The notes under the pieces: generated by a model
What the model was told of the DNA's origin: nothing
The model's database searches: none
The model's input: only the letters and a program-made list of their open reading frames with translations
Virus record (IMG/VR): IMGVR_UViG_3300028534_000024
Span: 1-64,000 of that record
Direction: 5' to 3' (one strand)
Source of the DNA: a virus
Lineage: Duplodnaviria; Caudoviricetes
Length of the DNA: 64,000 nt
Part shown: positions 28,324 through 37,407 of the stretch, in pieces
How positions within the stretch are numbered: position 1 is the first letter of the stretch
Layout: every line of letters begins with the position of its first letter
Made by a program: the position numbers and the translations under genes

Positions 28324-28733
28324 ATGATATAAATAACACAGTTACTACTAGCGTAAAAGCAGGAGCAAGTGCTAGTAGTTTTCTAGCTACAAACTTGGTT
28401 ATATTTACAGATAACACATATATGTATCTAGCAATCACAGGTGCAGTTGTTAGTAGCTTGGGAGTTTTACACGAACTCTTTGGCAAAACAGGGGTGGATT
28501 ATTCTGCTAAAAAGATTATAGCAGAGGTTATCAAAGGCTTTATTCTTGGTGTTCTCGCTATACCATTTTGGTTTCTTGTAATTACAGAGGGAGTTTTAGG
28601 GAATATAGTAGGCTTTAATATAGGGGATGTATCATCTTCCTTGGCGCTCATTATCTCATTCGCTCTTAGCTGGTACACAGTTCCGATCTTTGATTGGATG
28701 GTAAGCAAAGTGAAAATAAAGGCTAACAAATGA
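28317..28733 (+). CDS. Putative holin
   Basis: Three hydrophobic segments, basic C-terminus, upstream of the endolysin. Confidence 0.55.
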   Translation: MLNDINNTVTTSVKAGASASSFLATNLVIFTDNTYMYLAITGAVVSSLGVLHELFGKTGVDYSAKKIIAEVIKGFILGVLAIPFWFLVITEGVLGNIVGFNIGDVSSSLALIISFALSWYTVPIFDWMVSKVKIKANK

Positions 28734-28969
28734 GTGGGATTATATTACTTAATATGATAAGCTTAGGGCTTTTATTTGTACTTATAGTTACAGGTTCTTG
28801 GAGAAAGAGTTACACTACAATCGCATATGTAGTGTCTCTTGTTGTCGGAATAGAGATAATGAAGTTTATAAATATAGATCTAGGTATCTTAGTGATAGTA
28901 GCTGGTGCAGTATTTAGCGTAGCAAGAGCTATTTTACAGAACCAAAATGATAGATTTTTAAAGGTTTAA
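28730..28969 (+). CDS. Small membrane protein (holin/antiholin-like)
   Basis: Hydrophobic throughout. Confidence 0.5.
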   Translation: MSGIILLNMISLGLLFVLIVTGSWRKSYTTIAYVVSLVVGIEIMKFINIDLGILVIVAGAVFSVARAILQNQNDRFLKV

Positions 28970-28970
28970 G

Positions 28971-29213
28971 ATGGGTAATATAAAAGCATTTATAAGTGCT
29001 ATAATTTTGATAGGATATGTTGTTGGTTTTGTATATGTTAAATATTTAAAAAATGAAATAGAACATTTACAAAATGATATAAAAGTAGAAAAAGCACAAG
29101 CTACTTATAATTGTGTAAAAAAGTACACAGATAAGGAAATAGAAGATGTTAAAAATATTAAAGTTGTTATTGATGACGATAATAGCACTATTGATTTTGA
29201 CGAGTTGTGGTAA
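28971..29213 (+). CDS. Putative inner-membrane spanin
   Basis: N-terminal TM helix then coiled coil; overlaps the lipoprotein gene. Confidence 0.55.
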   Translation: MGNIKAFISAIILIGYVVGFVYVKYLKNEIEHLQNDIKVEKAQATYNCVKKYTDKEIEDVKNIKVVIDDDNSTIDFDELW

Positions 29214-29445
29214 GCCTGTTCCTAATGTAGAACCAGCAAAATACAAAGTACACACACTTAAAAAATGTGGTAAGTTAAAGTATGAAAAGCAAGGCGATAA
29301 ACTTATACTTGATTATAAAGTAGCTAAGTGTTTAAAAAATAATCTAATAGTTTGTTGCAAAGATAAGAAAGCATTAGAGATTTGTAATAATGCGAATATA
29401 GAATATATAAAGTTATTGAAGGATTACATAAATGATAGAAATTAG
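29146..29445 (+). CDS. Putative outer-membrane spanin lipoprotein (likely start 29173)
   Basis: Signal peptide with lipobox LTSC; implies a Gram-negative host. Confidence 0.65.
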   Translation: MLKILKLLLMTIIALLILTSCGKPVPNVEPAKYKVHTLKKCGKLKYEKQGDKLILDYKVAKCLKNNLIVCCKDKKALEICNNANIEYIKLLKDYINDRN

Positions 29446-30097
29446 AAAACTAAAACTTATATTTCCAGAATCAAATGATTACTTTATATATGAATTATAT
29501 AGATATTTATCTGAGTATTCTAATAGCTTCAGACTTGATAATAAAGGTAGATTAGCAAAGTTCTTAGCACTAGCAAAAGCTGAGATATTTTTTAAAAATG
29601 GAAAACCTATACTTGTTGAAAATCTAAATTATAGCAGAAAACAACTTAAAAGATTTAGCAAAAGATTTAGAAATAATCCTAAACTATTAGATAAAGCAAT
29701 GAGTCTAAAAGGAAAAGAAAAACAGAAATTCATAGCAATGGAATGGTATGGTACAGGGAAGAAAGCAAAAGCCCTTGGAAACAAATCAAAATACGATGGA
29801 TGGAGATTTAGAGGTAGAGGTATTTTTCAAATAACAGGAAGATACAATTATGAAATTATAGCAAACTATGTATTTGAACATAGTGATATAGTATGGATAT
29901 ATGATAATGATGATGTTTTCAATAGAATAACTGGCTCTATGGAGTTTAATATTGTTAGTGCATTTGGTTTTTGGTCTTATCATAGAATGTATGATAAGAG
30001 TATAAAAAAATGTATAAAAACTATAAATGGTGGTCTTCCTTCATCAGAGATATATAAAAGAAAAAAGTACTATAAAAAAATATTGGCAATGATTTGA
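29432..30097 (+). CDS. Endolysin, glycoside hydrolase family 19-like
   Basis: GWRFRGRGIFQITGRYNY and SAFGFW...INGG motifs. Confidence 0.85.
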   Translation: MIEIRKLKLIFPESNDYFIYELYRYLSEYSNSFRLDNKGRLAKFLALAKAEIFFKNGKPILVENLNYSRKQLKRFSKRFRNNPKLLDKAMSLKGKEKQKFIAMEWYGTGKKAKALGNKSKYDGWRFRGRGIFQITGRYNYEIIANYVFEHSDIVWIYDNDDVFNRITGSMEFNIVSAFGFWSYHRMYDKSIKKCIKTINGGLPSSEIYKRKKYYKKILAMI

Positions 30098-30107
30098 TGT
30101 CATTAGC

Positions 30108-30731
30108 TTATATAAGCTTATCAAGTAGGTTTTTAATTTTTTCTAGGTGTTGTAACCGGTCAAGATGTTCTTGACGTGATGTATGATTTTTATTGTATTT
30201 TTTATTTTACGTAAGAATTGTAATTTCCAGTCATTAATACATAATGATGCATCAGGAAGAGTAAATTCACTACCATTTATTTTATTAAATTCTGATAATG
30301 CTTCATTATTTAGATATACTATTATCTTATGAATTAAATGTTTATCATATTCAATTGTCATAGCATACATATAATCTTTTTGGTAATTACCAAAACTCCA
30401 AATTACTTTGTACAGGTCCCAAACCAATCATTATCATTTTTATGTTTATGGAATGTTTCCCTATCTATAAACTGGTAATGTCTATCTTGTAATTTATTAT
30501 CTTTTATATCCTTAAGTAATGATACAACTCCTGTATTAAGTTCATTATATACTACTATTTCAAATTGAGATACCTGCAATGTGTAAAAACTCATAGCCCT
30601 CTACCACCAAATAAATCTACAAAATATTTTACATTAGTATTTTCTTTTATTATAAAATCTATTATCTTGGGTGCCAATCTTCTTTTGCTTCCTAGATATG
30701 GCATACCCAATCCTTTTATTACATCATTCAT
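30108..30731 (-). pseudogene. Frameshifted, C-terminally truncated Dam-like (D12 class) adenine methyltransferase
   Basis: Fragments MPYLGSKRRLA..FVDLFGG / AMS..VVYNELN / KVIWSFGN / LDRLQHLEKI in successive frames; no DPPY motif. Confidence 0.75.
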
Positions 30732-30742
30732 ACATTCCCTTT

Positions 30743-31276
30743 CTATTGTTTAAAATTAACTATCTTACCTATTATTTCTTGTTCATCTTCTGCCTCAAAG
30801 ATATTATAGCTTAAAGTTTCTGTCCATCCGTCCCCATATACTTCTTTAGGTATTGCTCTTCTATATTCATCATATGTGTTAAGAATAAGCTGTTCTCTAT
30901 CAAAAGCGTCTATTCCTTTATCGAATCTTACGACTGCTAGTATTTTAAAATCTTGGAATGGTTGATTTTTATACCTAGTAGCAACATCTAAATGTGTTAT
31001 ACCTAATTTATAATAAGTATTTCCATTTATATTAAATGATATATAGTAAAGATTGGATGGTATATCTTTCTTATCACCAAGTTGTTCCCGCATCCTACAA
31101 GAATAACAATTAAATCTTAAGTGATTATCTGGTGTCTGATAAATGCGTCCATGAATGGGACATATAATAGGCACCTTAGTTCTATTATTTATATAGTTAA
31201 CATATCGATAATCAAACTTATCCCCATGTACCTCTTTCGCTTTCTTAATAAAATCCTCTGTGGTTAGTCTTTTCAT
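30743..31276 (-). CDS. Free-standing homing-endonuclease-like protein (DUF723 + GIY-YIG-like)
   Basis: EDFIKKAKEVHGDKFDY...IICPIHG and YYKLGIT....RY...EQ.IL motifs. Confidence 0.7.
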   Translation of the reverse strand: MKRLTTEDFIKKAKEVHGDKFDYRYVNYINNRTKVPIICPIHGRIYQTPDNHLRFNCYSCRMREQLGDKKDIPSNLYYISFNINGNTYYKLGITHLDVATRYKNQPFQDFKILAVVRFDKGIDAFDREQLILNTYDEYRRAIPKEVYGDGWTETLSYNIFEAEDEQEIIGKIVNFKQ

Positions 31277-31284
31277 ATCTTTCC

Positions 31285-31833
31285 CTAATTATCTATTGGT
31301 AACTCTTCAATTATTATTTGTTTTGGTAAGAAGTCACAACAATAATATGAAGAACTAAATGTTATATTACTTCCTTGCCCGTAAAGTATTCTTTTATCGA
31401 ACATCAATAATTGCATATCCTTATTAGCTTCTTTAAATACAAACTTACTATATTTATCATTAAGCCAAGCATTTGTCATTAATAAAGCGAATGGTTTATT
31501 AAACTTCAATGCTCTTTCAAAGATAAATCTTTTTTTACTAAAAGGTGGATTGCTTACCATAATATCCCATTTATCAGGTTCATATTCATAGTAGTCTTGT
31601 CCGTATTCTATATGGGAGTAAGTAACTGTGACAAATGGTAATTCTGCTATTAGTTTAACAAACTTACTTTCTTCTTTATCAAATGGGCACCACACTATTA
31701 AATTATCATATGGGTCTATCCCTTGTTCTTTTATGAATACATCATAGTAATACATCTCAATGTACTTTAAAATTGGTTTTACACCATAAGCTGGTGTGTA
31801 GCATTCATCATTCTTTCCTTTTGAGTATATCAT
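31285..31833 (-). CDS. DNA adenine methyltransferase-like protein
   Basis: NDECYTP, VWCPFD and VSNPPFS motifs. Confidence 0.75.
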   Translation of the reverse strand: MIYSKGKNDECYTPAYGVKPILKYIEMYYYDVFIKEQGIDPYDNLIVWCPFDKEESKFVKLIAELPFVTVTYSHIEYGQDYYEYEPDKWDIMVSNPPFSKKRFIFERALKFNKPFALLMTNAWLNDKYSKFVFKEANKDMQLLMFDKRILYGQGSNITFSSSYYCCDFLPKQIIIEELPIDN

Positions 31834-31854
31834 ATATTCTCCTTATACTATTCT

Positions 31855-32790
31855 TTAGGTACCCATCATAAGTTCTAACATTGATGAACTACCTATTATT
31901 TTCTCACCAGCTTCACCAAAGTCCTTAAAGTTAGACTTATAAAGCCACTTTGTCTTATTATCAAATAAACCTAAAGTTGTAGGTATTTTTTCTTTCCATT
32001 TATTAAATAATGATTGTTTATTGCCTAACATTTTTTCTACACCTGCATTATCATTATCCCAGCATAGTATTACTCTATCTGTACCTAACTTAATAGCTTC
32101 AAGTACCCAATTATCACTAGGAGTACGGAACCCTAAAGATGGTGTTGCAGCTACCCCTAATTGTAATAAATGAAGAGCATCTTGTGATCCTTCTGTTACA
32201 ATTAAAGTTGATGTATCTATATTATTATCTTTCATATACTTACCAAATAAGATATGATTAGATGGTTGTATGCCAGTCGAGTGCATATACTTAGGGATAG
32301 ACTTATCGGTTGAATTACCTATATACCTACCTGTATATCCTACAAGTTCATTATCTATATTATAAAAAGGAAATATAAGTCTATCTTGAAATCTACCTCT
32401 TAAACATATAAAAGCATTAATATCTGAAAGAAACTCTTTAGATAGTCCTCTATATTCATCAGGAAATTTATGTGCTGGTGGTAAAGCAAACACGGTATTC
32501 TTATCGTTAATTGTTTGAAACTTACTTTCAAGCTTGTTTATAATATCATTGAAGCGGGACTTAAGGTGTAAATCTTTAAGTTCTTGACTATCATTTGTAA
32601 AAGTTTTAGGGGATACATAGAATCCGCATGCTTTACAAGATAGCCACCCTTCCATTGTACTGACAAAGCAACTTTCGTTACTATCATCATGTTCAGGATT
32701 TGGACATTGACATAATAAATATCCGTCTCCTGATTGTTTCCATCTTAACTTCTGGGTATCTAACCAATCAGTTATTATTTGTTTAAACAT
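31855..32790 (-). CDS. dnaG: DNA primase (zinc finger + TOPRIM)
   Basis: CPNPEHDD...C..C zinc-binding domain, RLIFP, VTEG..D and WDND.AG. Confidence 0.88.
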   Translation of the reverse strand: MFKQIITDWLDTQKLRWKQSGDGYLLCQCPNPEHDDSNESCFVSTMEGWLSCKACGFYVSPKTFTNDSQELKDLHLKSRFNDIINKLESKFQTINDKNTVFALPPAHKFPDEYRGLSKEFLSDINAFICLRGRFQDRLIFPFYNIDNELVGYTGRYIGNSTDKSIPKYMHSTGIQPSNHILFGKYMKDNNIDTSTLIVTEGSQDALHLLQLGVAATPSLGFRTPSDNWVLEAIKLGTDRVILCWDNDNAGVEKMLGNKQSLFNKWKEKIPTTLGLFDNKTKWLYKSNFKDFGEAGEKIIGSSSMLELMMGT

Positions 32791-32817
32791 AATATTATCC
32801 TTATAATTACATTTATC

Positions 32818-33816
32818 TTATTTAACATTCCCATATTTAAGTAATTTATAGTCCTCAAGTTGTAAGGTAGGGAACACATTGAAAATACTAATACATTTTC
32901 TTATAAAGTCTTCATAAGTTAAATCTGTTGGTTTACTATCAAGTGCTTTTTTAATAATTACTAATTCATTTGGTTTAACTTTATGAATAGGTATCGGATT
33001 CATCATTAGAAGATTATGGTGATATTGTGCTTTAACATCTTGGAACTTAGCCTTTGGGTGTATATGAAGGTTATACTTCTTTTCTTCTATTAATTTATTA
33101 GCTATATCTTCCCATTCATCTACCGGATAAGGTAGAAAGTGCTTCTTAAATCTTGCCTTGGCTATATTAACAAGCCCATAGATGGAATCTTTTTTCTGTC
33201 CTTTTAAAGCAGAATAATGTGGTAAAATATCAAAAGGTAGCCCATATAACTCTTCTACTTGTTCTTCGTGAGTATATAGTTCATTCTTAGAGTACTTTAA
33301 AAGGTGCGTATTACCTTTGTCAGTTCCTGTATTTTCAATCCTATAGTACCAATCTTCATCAAGAGAAAATAGAAGTATATTAGCTTTAGGTTTTAAAGTT
33401 CTAATAATGTTTGATAAATCATCTGCTTCTAATGTTGAATTTAAGTCTTGTAATGAATAACCTACATCATTAAATATTTTGGATAGGTTCATATAATCTT
33501 TAAGGAAAGCTTCCCTTTCTTTTTTATGCTTATCATTATCCCTTGATTGAATCTCTTTTCTTTGCCCTTTATAATCATGTTGCATATTTAGTCTATATTC
33601 TGATTTATTAAAATCACTTGCATATAGTACTTTTTTAAAGTTTATTTTGTTAAACTTTAAGGCATCTGCTATAGTCTTAAACATATGCGTTGCATGTTGT
33701 TTCCTATGGAATGAATTATAAGCTACCAATTTACTATCCACAATAACATAATCATAGACTATATTAGGCCTATTAATTTTCACATCTGGTATGTATTTAT
33801 TTTGTTGTTCTTTCAA
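32818..33816 (-). CDS. 5'-3' exonuclease / phage RNase H (FEN-like)
   Basis: VIVDS, YKGQR, LEADD, SLDEDW and LKGQKKDSI motifs; TTG start. Confidence 0.82.
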   Translation of the reverse strand: MKEQQNKYIPDVKINRPNIVYDYVIVDSKLVAYNSFHRKQHATHMFKTIADALKFNKINFKKVLYASDFNKSEYRLNMQHDYKGQRKEIQSRDNDKHKKEREAFLKDYMNLSKIFNDVGYSLQDLNSTLEADDLSNIIRTLKPKANILLFSLDEDWYYRIENTGTDKGNTHLLKYSKNELYTHEEQVEELYGLPFDILPHYSALKGQKKDSIYGLVNIAKARFKKHFLPYPVDEWEDIANKLIEEKKYNLHIHPKAKFQDVKAQYHHNLLMMNPIPIHKVKPNELVIIKKALDSKPTDLTYEDFIRKCISIFNVFPTLQLEDYKLLKYGNVK

Positions 33817-33824
33817 TATTACTC

Positions 33825-33989
33825 CTATGTATTTATCATTTCTTTAATAATATCTTCACTTACATCAAACATCTCTGCAATATCTGAAATACTAATACCT
33901 GAATTAATCAAGGTTATTACATTATCTTTACTAAATTCCCCATGTATACCTAATGTAGCGTCTATTATATCATCTAAAAATCCAAACAT
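33825..33989 (-). CDS. Small HTH-like protein (54 aa), not in the ORF track
   Basis: AAGGAG RBS; MFGFLDDIIDATLGIHGEFSKDNVITLINSGISISDIAEMFDVSEDIIKEMINT. Confidence 0.7.
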   Translation of the reverse strand: MFGFLDDIIDATLGIHGEFSKDNVITLINSGISISDIAEMFDVSEDIIKEMINT

Positions 33990-34022
33990 ATATTCTCCTT
34001 TTAATGCTATTTTAAGATCTAT

Positions 34023-34241
34023 TCAATCTTTAATGTTATCAATCTTATCTTTCATAAGTTTAAATAATTCAGTATTTGAAATAGTTGAAAGTTCTTTTCT
34101 TGTATTAGCTGTTACATCAGAAATAACTTTGCATATTGAATATAAAGTAGCCTCACTTAATAATTCAAGTCCGACTAATGATTTTGTAAGTTCATCTTGA
34201 AACTTTTTCTTTGCTTTTATATTTAATTTATTTGATTGCAT
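34023..34241 (-). CDS. Hypothetical protein
   Basis: AAGGA RBS, downstream of a consensus promoter. Confidence 0.65.
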   Translation of the reverse strand: MQSNKLNIKAKKKFQDELTKSLVGLELLSEATLYSICKVISDVTANTRKELSTISNTELFKLMKDKIDNIKD

Positions 34242-34270
34242 ATATGTCCTTTATTTATTTTATATGTAGT

Positions 34271-34300
34271 ATTATATCATATATAGTGTATATTTGTCAA
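34271..34300 (-). promoter_or_regulatory. sigma70-type promoter TTGACA-N18-TATAAT
   Basis: Consensus hexamers. Confidence 0.75.
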
Positions 34301-34309
34301 GTATACTAT

Positions 34310-34600
34310 ATAAATAAACCTATATAGTTATCTTATAAAGTAAGGACTATCGTCCTATATATTGGGAACCTTTCGGTTCAGACTGATATTATACCATAAA
34401 AGTTATGTTTTGTCAAGTCTTTTTTGAAATTTATATAATATTTTTCAGGAAACTTTTGTAACAAAAGAAAATTGAAATTAATTTATATTATTATATAAAG
34501 TTTCCTAACAAGATATACCATTTAAAGCAACAGAATGGTACTTTAAAAGGCTTTTCTTTTAGTTTAGGTATCATAGGCTACCTAAGATGTAAAACCTTTC
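34310..34600 (-). repeat. ~290-bp dispersed repeat, copy B (palindromic block + promoter + twin hairpin)
   Basis: Near-identical to 44509-44797; inverted copy at 62269-62558. Confidence 0.95.
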
Positions 34601-34615
34601 ATATTTGCTTTTAAA

Positions 34616-35650
34616 TTATTTATCAATTCTTATTCCGTGATACACAGGAAACCTAGGAATACCCCCATCAGTAAATTCGAAGAACCTTACTTCAGCTAAC
34701 TGTCCAATATACTCATTTTTGTTTTTAAGTATTTCTTTTCTCTCATCTATTGATACTTTCATATTACATTTAAAAGTTGTATCATTGATTTTACATATAA
34801 CTGTACCTTGCGTAGTATCTGCTTCATTAGGAATAACATCAACTATTTCGTAAGTCTCATCTATAAAGTCTTTATATTTAAGAAGCGATTTGGATCTTTT
34901 ATTGAACTCATAATGTGTATTATCAGTTCTGACTATCGTCCCTTCATATCCTTGTGATAGGAATTGTTTATGCCAACCTTTAAGTTCATCTAATGAGTTA
35001 ACTTTATATGTAGGTACTATTTCTATATTATTTTTATATATACATAAATTATAAAGCTCATCATATCTTTCGGAGAATGTTCCTTTAATAGAAGGCATAT
35101 CATACACATAGTATTTAATCTTTTCTGTTTCATTTTCTTGATATTTTTTAACTCTTGAGATTATTTCTTGGAATGTCATTCCGTGACAGTATAATTCACC
35201 ATCAAGTATATCTTCATCAGTTAAGAAAGACAAATCGATATGTTCCACTGTTGTAACTTCTCTATTCTTTCTTGAAAGTTTGTTTTTATTTGTCCCTACC
35301 ATTCTTACACCATCTAGTTTAGGTTGTACATAACAATGAAACTCAATAGTCTTCTCATTAAACTTATTTGCTAGCATAGGCATAAGTGATGTATGCGATT
35401 TAGCTTCTTCAAGTGTTTCAAAGTACCCTTCTTTTAATTTCTTAGTAATAAGAGCTTCCATTTGAAGTATTGATTGTTCATCAGCAGTTGTTTCATTAGC
35501 TCGACCTATATTCTTAGCTTTACACTCTCTGATATTAGTTACTAATTTACCATCAAGTAAACCTGATTCTTGATAAAGAAGATGTCCTTTAGTGAACACT
35601 CTCAATATCCTTATTTTGTTCTTACTATCTTTTTTATATAATGTTTTCAT
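34616..35650 (-). CDS. ATP-dependent DNA ligase with N-terminal WGR-like domain
   Basis: PMLA, QPKLDGVR, LDGELY, EGTIVR, LLKYK and PRFP motifs. Confidence 0.92.
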   Translation of the reverse strand: MKTLYKKDSKNKIRILRVFTKGHLLYQESGLLDGKLVTNIRECKAKNIGRANETTADEQSILQMEALITKKLKEGYFETLEEAKSHTSLMPMLANKFNEKTIEFHCYVQPKLDGVRMVGTNKNKLSRKNREVTTVEHIDLSFLTDEDILDGELYCHGMTFQEIISRVKKYQENETEKIKYYVYDMPSIKGTFSERYDELYNLCIYKNNIEIVPTYKVNSLDELKGWHKQFLSQGYEGTIVRTDNTHYEFNKRSKSLLKYKDFIDETYEIVDVIPNEADTTQGTVICKINDTTFKCNMKVSIDERKEILKNKNEYIGQLAEVRFFEFTDGGIPRFPVYHGIRIDK

Positions 35651-35927
35651 GTATGTTCCTACTATCTATGGTATTAAATAATTTGTATATATCTGCCACT
35701 TCATTTATTACATCGTCACAAGATTGTTTAGTCAAATCTATAGTTAGTTCATATAGATTAAATGTAGATTTTCTATGGGTAAGTCTTGTGACAGGTAATA
35801 TTTTTTTTTTTTTATATTTATCTAGCAAGTAAAATATTAATATATATTTATCAGTCTTACATCTAATACATTCTTGGTAGTATCTACCAAGAATATCTTT
35901 CATATTTTTATTATAAATTGTTTTCAT
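35634..35927 (-). CDS. Hypothetical protein containing an A13 tract (KKKK)
   Basis: ORF with RBS between nrdB and ligase. Confidence 0.55.
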   Translation of the reverse strand: MKTIYNKNMKDILGRYYQECIRCKTDKYILIFYLLDKYKKKKILPVTRLTHRKSTFNLYELTIDLTKQSCDDVINEVADIYKLFNTIDSRNIHENII

Positions 35928-35941
35928 ATATGTGTCCTTTG

Positions 35942-36349
35942 TTATTTAAAACTTGTCCAGTCTTCGTCTGTAATTGTGCCATCTGTAATCCCTAATTTAT
36001 AATTTCCTGAAATCTTTTCTTTTTGTGCTACTTGAATAGCCCCTGTTTTTGTGTATTGATTAACCCATAAGCAAGGATTAAATGTTTCTTCCGCTATTGG
36101 TTCTTCTCCAATAGATCTTAAAACATTATTAACATTATATTCAGCGTATTGTTTAAGTATTGTACTATTTAGTCCTAGTAATTGAGGATTATCCTCGAAC
36201 TGATAATCTATCCATTCATAATCAGCATCTAAGGCATCTTTATATAATTTAATATACTTATCTTTTTGCTCTTCAAAAGCAAATGCCCATTCTGGATCTT
36301 TCTTTAATCTATTTATAAGATTAACAGTCATAGCGTAATGCATTATCTC
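35942..36349 (-). CDS. nrdB: Ribonucleotide reductase beta subunit, exon 2
   Basis: After predicted splicing reads ..QLD|EIMHYAM, restoring the DExxH diiron motif; ends with a QE-type C-terminal tail. Confidence 0.88.
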   Translation of the reverse strand, partial: EIMHYAMTVNLINRLKKDPEWAFAFEEQKDKYIKLYKDALDADYEWIDYQFEDNPQLLGLNSTILKQYAEYNVNNVLRSIGEEPIAEETFNPCLWVNQYTKTGAIQVAQKEKISGNYKLGITDGTITDEDWTSFK

Positions 36350-37407
36350 CTTTATATTCAGATGAGGTCGTTAATCCCATCCCGCTTATTAGTAAGCTGC
36401 TGGTACTTTCATACCAGAATAGATCATATCATGAACCTTAGTTTTAGTGAAGGTCCCCTACCTTTTCCATCTCACTCGAGATGTACTCTACTTGCTTCTC
36501 ATAATACCTATTTGTATTGTTCTGCGTTCGATGATCGTTACACATGTTTGTATTAAGTTTGTTAAATATAATTCTATCATTTTTTGTTAATCTATTATTT
36601 CTAAGCTTAGAAATAATAGAAGGGTCTAAATCAAATTTTCTTGCTATATCTGCGTTAGTATTATCTGCAAAGAAAGCATCTATAAGTAATGCCTCCCTGT
36701 CGTACATAAAATTATTTTTTGTACTTACATTAGCTACCTGATTCGGAAATTTTGTATCCCACACACTTTTCCATCTCTTTTTGTGTCGAATCAATGATAC
36801 ATATCTTGGATGTAAATTAAAAAGTATCGCTACTTCCTCGTTCGTTCTACCATCTATAAGAAGCTTAATTACTTGCTCTGCGTCATTATTTGTCAATTTA
36901 GCATTGTAGCAATCCTCGCCTTTAGGTACTTTGACTAACCCAGTAGTAATAGCGTGTATTTGGTTCTCAGATCTAGTTACCCATTCTAAGTTACTAATAT
37001 TATTATTAGTTTTGTCACCATCTATATGATTAATATGTGGTTTATTGTATGGATTAGGTATAAAAGCTTCTGCTACTAATCTATGGACCAACTTTGTATG
37101 TCCTTTCTTATTATTATCCCTTAAACCAACCATCACATATCCAGTATTACTTATAGTAGTTGATAACTCTTTTGGTACTAGCCTATTATAGTAATTATAT
37201 GATATTACTCTACCATCCGTAGTTATTTTATATTTATCGAAACCTAGTATTGTTTTGCTTTTCATATTCTCTCCTTTATATCAGATAGAATATTATATTA
37301 CTTAATACAAATTTAGCACGGTATTGCCATATGCTTTCGCACTTAGGGTTCCACCGTTTAGATAGGTTTTATATCTATATGTTACCATATAGTTGGACTC
37401 AAAGTTA
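36350..37407 (-). mobile_element. Group I intron (T4 td-like, IA2) in nrdB
   Basis: P1 TTGGAT/GTCCAA with U-G splice pair; CTATCTAAACGG..GAACC...CCGTGCTAAAT and GATTAACGACCTCATCTGAATATAAAG resemble the td intron core and 3' end; terminal G. Confidence 0.9.
36444..37265 (-). CDS. Intron-encoded HNH homing endonuclease (NUMOD4-HNH plus C-terminal HTH-like domains)
   Basis: YKITTDGRV, LVHRLVAEAF, INHIDGDKTNNNISNLEW, ENQIHA. Confidence 0.92.
   Translation of the reverse strand: MKSKTILGFDKYKITTDGRVISYNYYNRLVPKELSTTISNTGYVMVGLRDNNKKGHTKLVHRLVAEAFIPNPYNKPHINHIDGDKTNNNISNLEWVTRSENQIHAITTGLVKVPKGEDCYNAKLTNNDAEQVIKLLIDGRTNEEVAILFNLHPRYVSLIRHKKRWKSVWDTKFPNQVANVSTKNNFMYDREALLIDAFFADNTNADIARKFDLDPSIISKLRNNRLTKNDRIIFNKLNTNMCNDHRTQNNTNRYYEKQVEYISSEMEKVGDLH

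Noticed and set aside
33802-34200. 132-aa plus-strand ORF and other short antisense ORFs in the track (e.g. 765..968, 19199..19567, 57712..58164)
   Set aside because: Lie antisense to better-supported genes and have shadow-type composition
34342-34395. Hammerhead ribozyme or CRISPR-repeat identity for the twin-hairpin element
   Set aside because: No CUGAUGA/GAAA catalytic core in the correct arrangement on either strand; no match to repeats I know; left as unclassified
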